From an uncultured Actinomycetes bacterium (GTDB lineage: Bacteria; Actinomycetota; UBA4738; HRBIN12), in assembly GCA_963708985.1 (NCBI GenBank), contig CAVPUQ010000001.1:406663-470662 (forward strand): 64,000 bases of DNA. Reading direction: 5' to 3'. Below are positions 41,766 through 53,002 of this stretch, one piece after another. The translations under genes and the position numbers were made by a program. Under the pieces are notes generated by a model that did no database searches, was not told the origin of the DNA, and saw only the letters and a program-made list of their open reading frames with translations. Positions within the stretch are counted from its first letter, which is position 1, and every line of letters begins with the position of its first letter.

Positions 41766-43906
41766 GTGCCGCGTCGGCAGCCCGCATGCGTGCGCGGCCC
41801 GTCCGCTGGCCCTGGCTCGCGGTCATCTGGTTCATCGTCGTCGCCACCGCGGGCTTCGCGCTCGTCGTCGAGAACGGCGAGTCCGTCCTCGAGCAGGTCC
41901 CGTTCACGGTCGCGTTCGCCCTGTTCGGCGTCGTCGGAGCGCTCATCGTCAGCCGGGCGAGGAACCGGATCGGCGCCCTCCTGCTCTGGGGTTCGGCGTC
42001 GACCGCGCTCTCCTTCGTAGCGGGCGAGGCCACGACCGCGCTCGTGCGGCGTGGCACGACGACGGGACCGGTGGCCGTCGGCGCGGCAGCGTTCGCGAGC
42101 CTGGGATGGGTGATCGGGATCCTGCCCGTGTTCCTCCTGCTGCCCTTGCTCTTCCCGGACGGCCGACTCCCCTCGAGGCGTTGGCGGCCGCTCGCCTGGC
42201 TCTGCGTCGCTTTCCTCGTCCTCCTGGGGGTCGGTAGCCTGCTCACCCAACCGATCCTGACCGGATCCGTCGAGAGCGCCGGGGTCCCGAACCCGCTCTT
42301 CATCCCCTCGCTCGGCGAGATCGGGATCTCCGAAGCCTTCTTGAACGTCGGGCTCCTCGTGTTTCTCGTCGGCTCCGTGGGCTCCCTGATCGTTCGGTTC
42401 CGACGGGCTCGGGGGGTGGAGCGCCAGCAGATCAAGTGGGTCGCGGCCACCTCCGTCCTCTTGCTCGTGTCCTTCGTCCTCTCCGCTCTCGCGAGCGCCG
42501 TTGGGTTGGGTGGCTTCGTCGACGCCTTCGTCGTGGGGCCGGCGTTCGTGCTCCTCCCCGTTTCGATCGGGATCGGGGTGTTGCAGTATCGCCTCTACGA
42601 CCTCGACGTCGTCGTGAAGAAGGCGCTCATCGCAGGCACGCTCGTCGTGTCCGGGATCGCGGTGTACGGCGGCGTCGTGTGGGTCGCGGGATCGATCGCC
42701 TCGGATCGTGCCAGCTCGGTATCCCTCTTCGTGATCGCGCTCATCCTCGGGATGGCGTTCCGCCCGGTGGTCCGGTTCGCTCGGCGGGTCGCCGACCGGC
42801 TCGTGTACGGGCGCCGAGCTACCCCGTATGAGGTCTTGACCGAGTTCTCCGGCCGCGTCGGCGAGGCGTACGCGACGGAGGACGTCCTCGGGCGGATGGC
42901 GCGGATCCTGGGCGAGGGCGTCGGCGCGGAGGAGGCCCGCGTCTGGCTGCTGGTCGCCGGCGAGCTGCGGCCGGAGGGCGCCTGGCCCGCCGGCGCCGAG
43001 GCGGGTCACCCGCGCCCGGTGCGCGGCGATGCGCTCCCCGGGCTGGCCGGTGAGATGGCCGTCGAGGTGCGCGATCGCGGCGAGCTCCTCGGGGCGCTCT
43101 CGGTTCGGATGTCCGCCAACGACCCGATGACCCCGCCCAAGGAGCGGCTCGTCCGGGACCTCGCGTCGCAGGCGGGGCTGGTTCTGCGCAACGTCCGGCT
43201 CGTCGAGGAGCTCCGCGCCTCGCAGCGTCGCCTCGTGGCCGCGCAGGACGAGGAGCGTCGGCGGATCGAACGCAACATCCACGACGGCGCACAGCAGCAG
43301 CTCGTCGCGCTCGCCGTCAAGCTCCGACTCGCGCAGGGGCTCGCGTCGAAGGACCCGAGCAGGACCGAGGCCATGCTGCTGCGACCTGCAGGAGGAGACG
43401 CAGTCGGCCCTGGAGGACCTGCGCGACCTCGCTCGAGGGATCTACCCACCGCTGCTCGCCGACAAGGGCCTCGCGGCCGCGCTCGAGGCGCAGGCCCGCA
43501 AGACCCCGATCCCGGTGCGAGGTCGACGCCCGACGGCATCGGCCGCTACCCGCAGGAGGCGGAGGCGGCGGCCTACTTCTGTGTGCTCGAGGCGCTCCAG
43601 AACGTCTCGAAGTACGCGGACGCCACCAGGGCCATGGTCCGCCTCGGCCACGACGAGGGGCACCTGACCTTCGAGGTCCAGGATGACGGTGCCGGGTTCG
43701 ACGCCGCGTCGACCGGCTACGGCACGGGACTGCGAGGGATGGCGGACCGGCTCGGAGCGCTCGATGGCGAGATCGCCGTGGAGAGCGCGCCCGGACGCGG
43801 CACCACCGTGCAAGGGCGGATCCCGGTTGAGGTCGAAGAGCGGCAGGCGTCTGGGTCGGGCTCGGTGCGGGTCACGGAGGAGCGAGGGTCGGAGGCGGAG
43901 GGCTGA
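41762..43906 (+). CDS. Multi-TM sensor histidine kinase B, paralog of kinase A (compensating indels 43380-43525)
   Basis: LLFPDGRLPSRRWR, YRLYDLDVVVKK, ERNIHDGAQQQLVAL, EALQNVSKYA, DDGAGF..GTGLRGMADRL. GTGA overlap with the cyclase gene. Confidence 0.92.
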   Translation: MSAASAARMRARPVRWPWLAVIWFIVVATAGFALVVENGESVLEQVPFTVAFALFGVVGALIVSRARNRIGALLLWGSASTALSFVAGEATTALVRRGTTTGPVAVGAAAFASLGWVIGILPVFLLLPLLFPDGRLPSRRWRPLAWLCVAFLVLLGVGSLLTQPILTGSVESAGVPNPLFIPSLGEIGISEAFLNVGLLVFLVGSVGSLIVRFRRARGVERQQIKWVAATSVLLLVSFVLSALASAVGLGGFVDAFVVGPAFVLLPVSIGIGVLQYRLYDLDVVVKKALIAGTLVVSGIAVYGGVVWVAGSIASDRASSVSLFVIALILGMAFRPVVRFARRVADRLVYGRRATPYEVLTEFSGRVGEAYATEDVLGRMARILGEGVGAEEARVWLLVAGELRPEGAWPAGAEAGHPRPVRGDALPGLAGEMAVEVRDRGELLGALSVRMSANDPMTPPKERLVRDLASQAGLVLRNVRLVEELRASQRRLVAAQDEERRRIERNIHDGAQQQLVALAVKLRLAQGLASKDPSRTEAMLLRPAGGDAVGPGGPARPRSRDLPTAARRQGPRGRARGAGPQDPDPGARSTPDGIGRYPQEAEAAAYFCVLEALQNVSKYADATRAMVRLGHDEGHLTFEVQDDGAGFDAASTGYGTGLRGMADRLGALDGEIAVESAPGRGTTVQGRIPVEVEERQASGSGSVRVTEERGSEAEG

Positions 43907-44115
43907 TGGCCGGGCGCGCGCCGGCGAGGAAGAAGCGCTCCGTGTTCCGGCGCGTCGAGCGCTGGATGGTCGGCCTCGCCATGGGTGTGATGGCGTTCGT
44001 GCTCGAGCGCGTCGTGATGCGCTCGGTCCGCAAGAGGGGGAAGCGAGACCCCGCCCCCAAGCCCACGACGCTCTCGTCGAAAGGCGGGGACGTCGACCTT
44101 CCCGAGCAGCGCTAG
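43906..44115 (+). CDS. Small basic hypothetical protein (69 aa) with one hydrophobic segment
   Basis: ATG overlaps kinase B stop; RRVERWMVGLAMGVMAFVLERVV; fills the gap exactly to the convergent gene. Confidence 0.6.
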   Translation: MAGRAPARKKRSVFRRVERWMVGLAMGVMAFVLERVVMRSVRKRGKRDPAPKPTTLSSKGGDVDLPEQR

Positions 44116-46236
44116 GGCGACGGCTTCCGGTCGCGGAACAGGTCCGCGAGCAGCCCCATCGTGAACACCAGCCCGACGGCTCCGAGCGTGATCGGGATCC
44201 AGTCCGCCACCCTGGCCGAGGTCGCCGTGATCGCCGTGCCGAGCAGCGAGGCGGCCGCCACGACACCGAGGGCGAGCCGTCGGCCCGCCCGGCGCACCGT
44301 CTGTTCCAGGGAGGCCGCGCGGAAGTTGACCTCGAGCTTCTGGCCGGGGCGAGCACCGATCAGCCGCTCGACGGCCTCGACGACGCGCAGGAAGCGGACC
44401 TTCAGTCGTCTGCGACTGGTAGAAGAGCGTCTTCGGGTCGAACTTCGCGCCCATCTCCGTGATCAAGGCACGCATGAGGAACCTGCCGGCCACGTCGAAC
44501 GGGTCGAGCGTGGGGTCCAGCTGCGCGGCGGCGAGCTGCATCTGTGCCAGCGCCTTCGCCGTCAGCGTGAGCGAGGCCGGCAGCGGGACGTTGTGGCGCA
44601 GCGAGATCTCCGTCATCTCCTGCAGGACCGGTCCGAGCTGGATGTCCTTGCAGCGAAGCGCCGTGGTACTTGGCCATCAGCTCGCCGATCTCGCCCGAGA
44701 ACGCCTGCGTGTCCAGGTCGCTGCGGTCGATCGCGCCGGCCAGCATGAGCGTGACGTCGGTGAGGAACCCGACGTCCTGCTGCCAGAACGCCATGAGCAG
44801 GAGCAGCATCATGTGCTCGCGCATCTCGGGGCCGACCTCCCCGATCATGCCGAGGTCTAGGAGGAAGATCCGCTCGGTCGACGGCTGCCACATCAGGTTC
44901 CCGGGGTGCGGGTCGGCGTGGAAGAAGCCGTCGACGATGATCTGCTTGTAGAACGACTCGAGGAGCTGCCGCGCCGACTCCTTGCGCGCCGTCCCCTCGG
45001 GGGCATCGCTGATCGGGCCACCCTGCACGTCCTCCATCACGAGCAGCCGTGACGTCGAGAAGTCACCGAACACCGCCGGCACCTCGAGCCGCGAGAACTG
45101 CTCGATGACCTCGGCCATCCGTCGCATGTTGCTCGGCCTCCTGGCGGAAGTCGAGCTCGCGGTGGAGCGAGTCCGAAAGGTGCTCGAACACGGCCCCCAT
45201 GTCGATGACCTGCTTCAGGGCTGGGCGGTCGCTGACCTTCTCGGCGAAGACCTCGAGCAGCGCCAGGTCCTGCTCGATCTGCTCGCGGGCGTCGGGGCGC
45301 TGCACCTTCACGACGACCGGCTCGCCGTTCGCGAGGATCGCACGATGGACCTCGGCGATCGTGCCGGCCGCGAGCGGGCTGTGGCTCGATGTGGTCGAAC
45401 ACGTCCTCCCACGGCACGCCGAGCTCCTGCTCCATGACCTTCACCACCTGCTCCTCGGTGAGGGGAGGGACGTGATCCTGGAGCGTGGCGAGCTCCTCGA
45501 TGAACTCCGGCGGAAGCAGGTCGGGTCGCGTCGAGAGGATCTGCCCGAGCTTCGCGAACGTCGGCCCGAGCTCCTCGAGCGCCGAGCGAAGGCGCTTGGC
45601 CTGGCGCCGGCGCCCGATCGCGCCCTCCTCGTCCGGACGGCCGAACAGCTCCTTCAGCCCGTGCTTCGCGAAGACAGCCGCGATCTTCGAGCCGCGCGCC
45701 ATCAGGTGCGGCTCGGCCTCCTTCTCCAGCACCGAGCTTCGGATCACCGTCGCCGAGCGTGGATCGCGTGTCACGACGTGGCCCTCGCTCCCCGCGGTGT
45801 TCACGATGATCACCGTGCATCGCGCGTTGTGGCTGATCCGGTTCGGCACGTTGCCGAGCAGGAACTCCTTGCGCCCGGCCATCCCGGCGTTGCCGACCAC
45901 GAGCACGTCGATGTCGTGGTCCTCGGTCGCGTGCACGATCGCCATGGCCGGGTCGTCGTCGATCACGACGTGGGCCCGTCCCCGTTCGCCCGCCAGACGG
46001 ACCGACTCGGCCTGGAGCTCGTCGGCGGCGGTTCGAGCCCGGGTGGCCTCGGCCGCGCCGTACTCGGTCGTCGCCGGGTTCGTGGGCATGACGACCTGGA
46101 CCAGGTGCAGCTCGGCGCCGTAGCGCTCGGCGAACGCGCTCGCCCATCCGACCGCGCGCGTGGCGGTCTCGGAGCGGTCGGTCGCGACCATGACCCGCCC
46201 CACCCCGTTCCTGCCGACGTCCCTCACGTCCGCCAT
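44112..46236 (-). CDS. USP-ABC1/UbiB(AarF) atypical kinase fusion with two C-terminal TMs (frameshifted)
   Basis: USP (VMVATDRSETA...VVGNAGMAGRKEFLLGNVPNRISHNARCTVIIV) is in the same frame as GPTFAKLGQILSTRPDLLP; then AAGTIAEVHRA, VVVKVQRP, ELDFRQEA, GFFHADPHPGN, LLDLGM. Confidence 0.9.
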
Positions 46237-46306
46237 GGCCTCGCAGTCTGCTGGAGTTGTGGCTTCTCGGCAACGGGGCGCCCACCATGGCCGGTCGGGT
46301 GGTTGG

Positions 46307-46319
46307 ACCACCGGTGGGG
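46307..46319. promoter_or_regulatory. Palindromic motif ACCACCGGTGGGG, copy 2
   Basis: About 70 bp upstream of the USP-ABC1 ATG and about 20 bp upstream of the tRNA -10 (TACACT 46337-46342). Confidence 0.5.
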
Positions 46320-46352
46320 CGGGACACGCGGTTCGCTACACTCGCTGACGCC

Positions 46353-46428
46353 GCCGGGGTAGCTCAGTTGGCAGAGCAGCGGTTTCGTAAACCGCAGGTC
46401 AGGGGTTCGAGTCCCCTCCCCGGCTCCA
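46353..46428 (+). tRNA. tRNA-Thr(CGT)
   Basis: Acceptor GCCGGGG/CCCCGGC, D-arm AGCTCAGTTGGCAGAGC, anticodon arm GCGGT-TTCGTAA-ACCGC, T-loop GGTTCGAGT, encoded CCA; 76 nt. Confidence 0.97.
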
Positions 46429-46476
46429 GATGCCGGACGAACGGAACGGGGAGCGACCTTGCTAGAATCCGCGCCG

Positions 46477-47134
46477 ATGCGTCTCCGGTCGGCTCCCGTG
46501 AAGTTGCTCGTCGCCCTCGCCGCGGGCATCTCCGCGCTCGTGGCGAGCGCCTCGGCCGCGGTGGCCCAGGTGGTCGTGAGCCCGGATGCACAAGCCGGAG
46601 CGCAACGACGGCGGCTGGATCTACTGGATCGCGATCGCCCTCGTCGTGCTCGGCGTGCTGCTCGCTCTCTCGATCGTCATCCGCTACATGCGCTACGCGC
46701 CGCGCTTCCAGCGGGAGGAAGGCACCCCCCGGACGGTGCGCGCGACCAGGATCCAACCGGGCCGCGAGGCTCCCCGCCGCCCCGTCAACATCACGGGAGC
46801 CCCGGTCGTCGTGCCGGCCCCCGCGGTCGCGATCGCCTCCCCCGCGGTCGCCGCCGCGGCGCCCGCAGCAACCGTCGCGACGGCAGCACCTCCGGTGGCC
46901 CCGGCGCCTGCTCCCGCACCATCCACCGCGCCGGCGCCATCCGCGGCAGCGGCGGCGAGCCCCGTCGTCGCGGAGCCCGCCCCCGCCGCCGAACGCAAGG
47001 AGGTCCCGATCGACCAGGAGACGTTCGACCGCGTGCTCGCCGAACTGCTCGAGCAGGGGACCACCCGCCGCGTCGCCGAGGGTCAGGCTCGGCGCGCCGC
47101 GATGATCGCCGCGCGGAAGAAGGCCGGGGCCTGA
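46477..47134 (+). CDS. Hypothetical membrane protein with Ala/Pro-rich linker (frameshift near 46588)
   Basis: Signal-like N-terminus, TM WIYWIAIALVVLGVLLALSIVI, AP-rich tract, charged helical C-terminus IDQETFDRVLAELLEQGTTRRVAEGQARRAA. -10 TAGAAT 8 nt before ATG. Confidence 0.7.
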
Positions 47135-47148
47135 GGCCCCGCCGGGCC

Positions 47149-48222
47149 ATGGGGGCCGCGGAGGTCGACTGGTCCATGGGCTCGAGGGCCGCGGCCCTCG
47201 TCGACTGGAACACCGCGCAGGACGCGGGACGACGGGTCGGTGGCCCGGGACCGCAGACCACGCCGGCCGACCGGGCGCGCCTTCGGGAGGACCTCGCCGA
47301 GCTCGTTCCGCGGGCCGGGGCGCTCGTGTCCGACTTCACGGCCCTGGGGGTCGACGGCCACCGCTCGCGCCCATGGGTGATGTCACGGGGGGAGTGGATC
47401 GGAGCCAACCTCGGCGGGCTGCAGCGCCTCCTCGAGCCCCTCGCCCGACGCTTGGTCCCCAAGGGCTCCGCTCGCTCGAACCTCCGGCGCAAGGCGCTCG
47501 GTGCCCAGATCGGGGGCCTGCTCGGCTATGTCTCGAAGAAGGTGCTCGGCCAGTACGACGCCTTCCTTCCGCCGGACGACGAGGGCTTGATCTATTTCGT
47601 CGGTCCGAACCTCGTCGAGGCCGAGCGCAGGTTCGGGCTCGCACCCAAGGACTTCCGCCTGTGGGTGGCGTTGCACGAGAGCACGCACCGGCTGCAGTTC
47701 GGCGCGACACCGTGGCTGCGCGGGTACCTGCAGGGCAGGATCGACGAGTACCTCGCCACGGTGCAGATCGATACTCGGCAGCTCCTGGAGCAGCTCCGGC
47801 GCGCCGTCGATGAGGCTCGAGCCGGCACGGCGCCGAAAGGCCTGAACGGGATCATGCTCTTGCTCACGCCCGAGCAGCGCGAGCTGTTCAAACGGATGCA
47901 GGCGATGATGTCGCTGCTCGAGGGGCACGCCTCCTGGGTCATGAACGAGGTCGGTGCCACGACGATCCGCGATCTCGACCGGATGCAACGGAGCCTGAAG
48001 CAGCGGCGGCAGGCGGGCGGGATGGAGAAGACGCTCCAGCGCGCGATCGGGTTCGACCAGAAGGTCCGGCAATACGACGCCGGCGAGGCGTTCGTGCGCG
48101 GCGTCGTGGCGCGGGTCGGCGTCGACGGGCTCAACCGGGTGTGGGAGCGCGAGGAGCACCTCCCCACGCTCGGCGAGATCGCGGAGCCCGACCGCTGGAT
48201 CGCGAGGGTTCCGAGGGGCTGA
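47149..48222 (+). CDS. Zinc-dependent metalloprotease, DUF2342 / F420-biosynthesis-associated family (Rv3626c-like)
   Basis: KKVLGQYD, IYFVGPN, LWVALHESTHRLQF, MSLLEGHASWVM, KVRQY..GEAF; directly upstream of tilS. Confidence 0.88.
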   Translation: MGAAEVDWSMGSRAAALVDWNTAQDAGRRVGGPGPQTTPADRARLREDLAELVPRAGALVSDFTALGVDGHRSRPWVMSRGEWIGANLGGLQRLLEPLARRLVPKGSARSNLRRKALGAQIGGLLGYVSKKVLGQYDAFLPPDDEGLIYFVGPNLVEAERRFGLAPKDFRLWVALHESTHRLQFGATPWLRGYLQGRIDEYLATVQIDTRQLLEQLRRAVDEARAGTAPKGLNGIMLLLTPEQRELFKRMQAMMSLLEGHASWVMNEVGATTIRDLDRMQRSLKQRRQAGGMEKTLQRAIGFDQKVRQYDAGEAFVRGVVARVGVDGLNRVWEREEHLPTLGEIAEPDRWIARVPRG

Positions 48223-49221
48223 TGGCCCGACCGCCGGCCGTCGCCCGCGTGCTCGAGCGGGTCACGGCCGCCTCTCGCGCGCACGAGCTGTTCCTGCCGG
48301 GAGAGGTCGTGATCGTCGCGGTGTCGGGTGGGCCGGACTCCGTGTGCCTGCTCCACGCGCTCCACGAGCTCCGTCGGCTCCTGCGGATCCGGCTCGAGGT
48401 CGTGCACGTCGATCACCACCTCCGCGAGGGCTCGGTCGACGACGCCGCGTACGTGCGCCGACGCTGCGTTCAGCTGAAGGTGCCGTTCCATCTGCGCGAA
48501 GCCGAGGGGCGGCCGCCTCGAGGCGCGTCGGTCGAGGCCTGGGCCAGAGCCCAACGGCATCGGGCGTTCGACGATGTCCGGCGCGAGACCGGCGCTCGGC
48601 GGGTGGCGCTCGCCCACACGCTCGACGACCAGGCCGAGACCGTGCTGCTCGCCATCCTCACCGGTCGAGGACTCGACGCGGTGAGCGGGATGAAGCCGGT
48701 CGCGGGTCCGTTCGTTCGGCCCTTGCTCGACGTGACCCGTGCCGATACCGAAGCGTGCTGCCGCGCGCTCCACCTCCGGCCCCGGCTCGACCCGACGAAC
48801 GCCGACCCGCGGTTCCTGCGGAACGCGCTGCGACTGCGTGGGATCCCGGCGCTCGAGCGCGCGCTTCGGCGCCCGGTGCGCGAGCCGCTCGCGCAGACGG
48901 CCGTGCTGCTGCGCGAGGACGCGGACGAGCTCGCACGCCGCGCGCTCGAAGCGCTGGGGGACGTCGTCGAGGAGACGGCGGCCGGCGTGGACCTCCGTGC
49001 CTCGAGGCTTGCTCGGGCTGCCGAGAGCGGTCGCCGGACGCGTGGTGCGGCTCGCCATGCTGCGCTGCAACGCGCTCGCGACCCGTGAGGATGTGGATGC
49101 GGTGCTCGACCTCGCGAAGGGCAGGCCGGGTCGCCGGCGCGACCTCTCGCGCGGTTTGAAGGCCGAGCGCGACAAGGAGTATGTTTCGCTCTCTCGCACT
49201 TCCCCCGAGAGCCGGGAGTGA
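48222..49221 (+). CDS. tilS: tRNA(Ile)-lysidine synthetase (frameshift near 49010)
   Basis: VAVSGGPDSVCL, HVDHHLR, LAHTLDDQAETVL, RPLL, DPTN...RNALR. Confidence 0.95.
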
Positions 49222-49841
49222 AGGGGGGCGAGATGGAAGGCCGGTTCGCACTGTCCGAGCTCGACGAGGTTGCGGTCCACCCCTCGGTACCCGTGCTCGA
49301 ACGTGACATCGAGCACGTTCTGATCACCGAGCACGAGATCCAGGACATGCTGCGACAGCTCGGCGATCAGATCACCCGGGACTACGAGGGTCGCGACCTC
49401 CTGCTCGTGGGCGTGCTGAAGGGCGCCTTCGTGATGATGGCCGACCTGTCCCGGTACGTCCGACTTCCGGTCGAGATGGACTTCATGGCCGTCGCATCGT
49501 ACGGGGCGGCGACGAAGACCTCGGGCGTCGTGCGGATCTTGAAGGACCTGGATCACGACCTCGAGGGCCGCGACGTCCTGCTCGTCGAGGACATCGTGGA
49601 CTCCGGCCTCACCCTGAACTACCTGCTGAAGAACCTTCGCGGTCGCCGGCCCGCGAGCCTCGAGGTGTGCGCCCTGCTCAAGAAGACCGGTATCCAGCGC
49701 GTCGAGATCGACGTCCGCTACTGCGGCTTCGAGATCCCGCCCGACTTCGTGGTCGGCTACGGCCTGGATTTCGCGGAGAAGTACCGGAACCTGCCGTACA
49801 TCGGCACGCTGCGCCCGGAGGCCTACCGAGACGCCCACTGA
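49218..49841 (+). CDS. hpt: Hypoxanthine phosphoribosyltransferase
   Basis: VGVLKGA, VASYG, LLVEDIVDSGLTL, FVVGYGLDFAEKYRNLP. Confidence 0.97.
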   Translation: MKGGEMEGRFALSELDEVAVHPSVPVLERDIEHVLITEHEIQDMLRQLGDQITRDYEGRDLLLVGVLKGAFVMMADLSRYVRLPVEMDFMAVASYGAATKTSGVVRILKDLDHDLEGRDVLLVEDIVDSGLTLNYLLKNLRGRRPASLEVCALLKKTGIQRVEIDVRYCGFEIPPDFVVGYGLDFAEKYRNLPYIGTLRPEAYRDAH

Positions 49842-49878
49842 GCCGGAACGCCGACCGGCTCCGACCTGTCGGACCGGC

Positions 49879-50268
49879 GTGCGGCGTCGCCTCCTCGTCC
49901 TCGTGCTCGGAAGCACCGTCCTGCTGCTCGCGGCGTGCGGCGAGGACGTCCCCGGCACCAGCATCGACGCCGGTGTCCGCGGTGTCGTGCTCGCCGGCCC
50001 GCAGTGCCCGGTCGTGCAGGAGGGCTCGCCCTGCCCCGACGAGCCGATGCCCGGCGTCAAGATCCGGGCGCTGCAGGATGGCGGGGTCGTGGGCTCCGCC
50101 CGGACCGACGCCGAGGGCCGGTTCGAGCTCCTGCTTCCACCGGGCGACTACGTGATCGAAGCGGTCCTGCCGAGCCCAGGCCCGCCAAGCGCCAAGCCGG
50201 TGAGCGTCTCCGTGCCCGAGGGCGGGTTCGCGCATGTCACGGTGCTCGTCGACACCGGCATCCGCTGA
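49879..50268 (+). CDS. Lipoprotein with carboxypeptidase-regulatory/prealbumin-like beta domain
   Basis: Lipobox LAAC; GPQCPV...CPDEP; ARTDAEGRFELLLPPGDYVI. Confidence 0.75.
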   Translation: MRRRLLVLVLGSTVLLLAACGEDVPGTSIDAGVRGVVLAGPQCPVVQEGSPCPDEPMPGVKIRALQDGGVVGSARTDAEGRFELLLPPGDYVIEAVLPSPGPPSAKPVSVSVPEGGFAHVTVLVDTGIR

Positions 50269-50383
50269 TCGGCGCCCTGGTCGAGCTCGACCCCTGTGCT
50301 AGCATCGCCGAGGGCCCGGTGCGCGACCGTGCACCCCGGGCCCTGAAGCATCTCCGCAGGTCGGAACGCCGAAAGGAGCCCCG

Positions 50384-52327
<1,944 letters not shown>

Positions 52328-52339
52328 GCTCTGCGCGCG

Positions 52340-53002
52340 ATGACCGAGCGCTGGGCGACGTTCGACTGCTACGGAACCCTCATCGACTGGATGGGCGGGA
52401 TCCGCTCGACGCTCGGCGACCTGTGGCCCGAGCACGACGCCGAGCTGCTCCTGTCCTCGTACCACGAGGTCGAGCCCGAGGTGCAGCGCGGTCGAGCCAT
52501 CCCGTACCGCCAGGTCCTCGCCGAGTCCCTGATGCGTGTCGCGCACCGCGAGGGGCTCGAGCTCCAGGACGACGATCGCGAGGCCCTCGGCGACTCGCTG
52601 CCGACATGGCCGCCCTTCGCAGAGGTGCCGGGCGCGCTCGCGGAGCTCCGGACCCGAGGCTGGCGGCTCGCCATCTTGTCCAACACCGACCCCGACCTGC
52701 TCGACGCGTCCCTCGAGGCGATCGGGGTGCCCGTCGACCTGCGGATCACCGCGCGCGAGGCCGGCTCGTACAAGCCCGCGCGAGGCCACTGGGACCGTTT
52801 CTTCGAGCGGAGCGGCGCCGCGCGCGAGCGCCATGTGCACGTGGCCGCCTCGCTCTTCCACGACATCGCGCCGAGCCGCGAGCTCGCCATAACCGCCGTG
52901 TGGATCAATCGCCTCGGCGAGGTCTCGGACCTGCCTCGGGCCGCCGAGCTGCCCGACCTGTCTCGGCTGCCCGATACCCTCGAGGAGCTGGTTCCGGCAT
53001 GA
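52340..53002 (+). CDS. HAD-superfamily hydrolase (2-haloacid dehalogenase type II-like)
   Basis: [28 protein letters not shown]; ATGA overlap with folE. Confidence 0.88.
   Translation: MTERWATFDCYGTLIDWMGGIRSTLGDLWPEHDAELLLSSYHEVEPEVQRGRAIPYRQVLAESLMRVAHREGLELQDDDREALGDSLPTWPPFAEVPGALAELRTRGWRLAILSNTDPDLLDASLEAIGVPVDLRITAREAGSYKPARGHWDRFFERSGAARERHVHVAASLFHDIAPSRELAITAVWINRLGEVSDLPRAAELPDLSRLPDTLEELVPA

Noticed and set aside
46353-46428. tRNA-Thr as attB of a prophage or ICE
   Set aside because: No integrase, no duplicated tRNA 3' end seen, and flanks contain no mobile-element genes.
46790-46990. Repetitive GC-rich tract as a CRISPR array or tandem repeat
   Set aside because: Low-complexity Ala/Pro coding linker without regular repeat-spacer structure.
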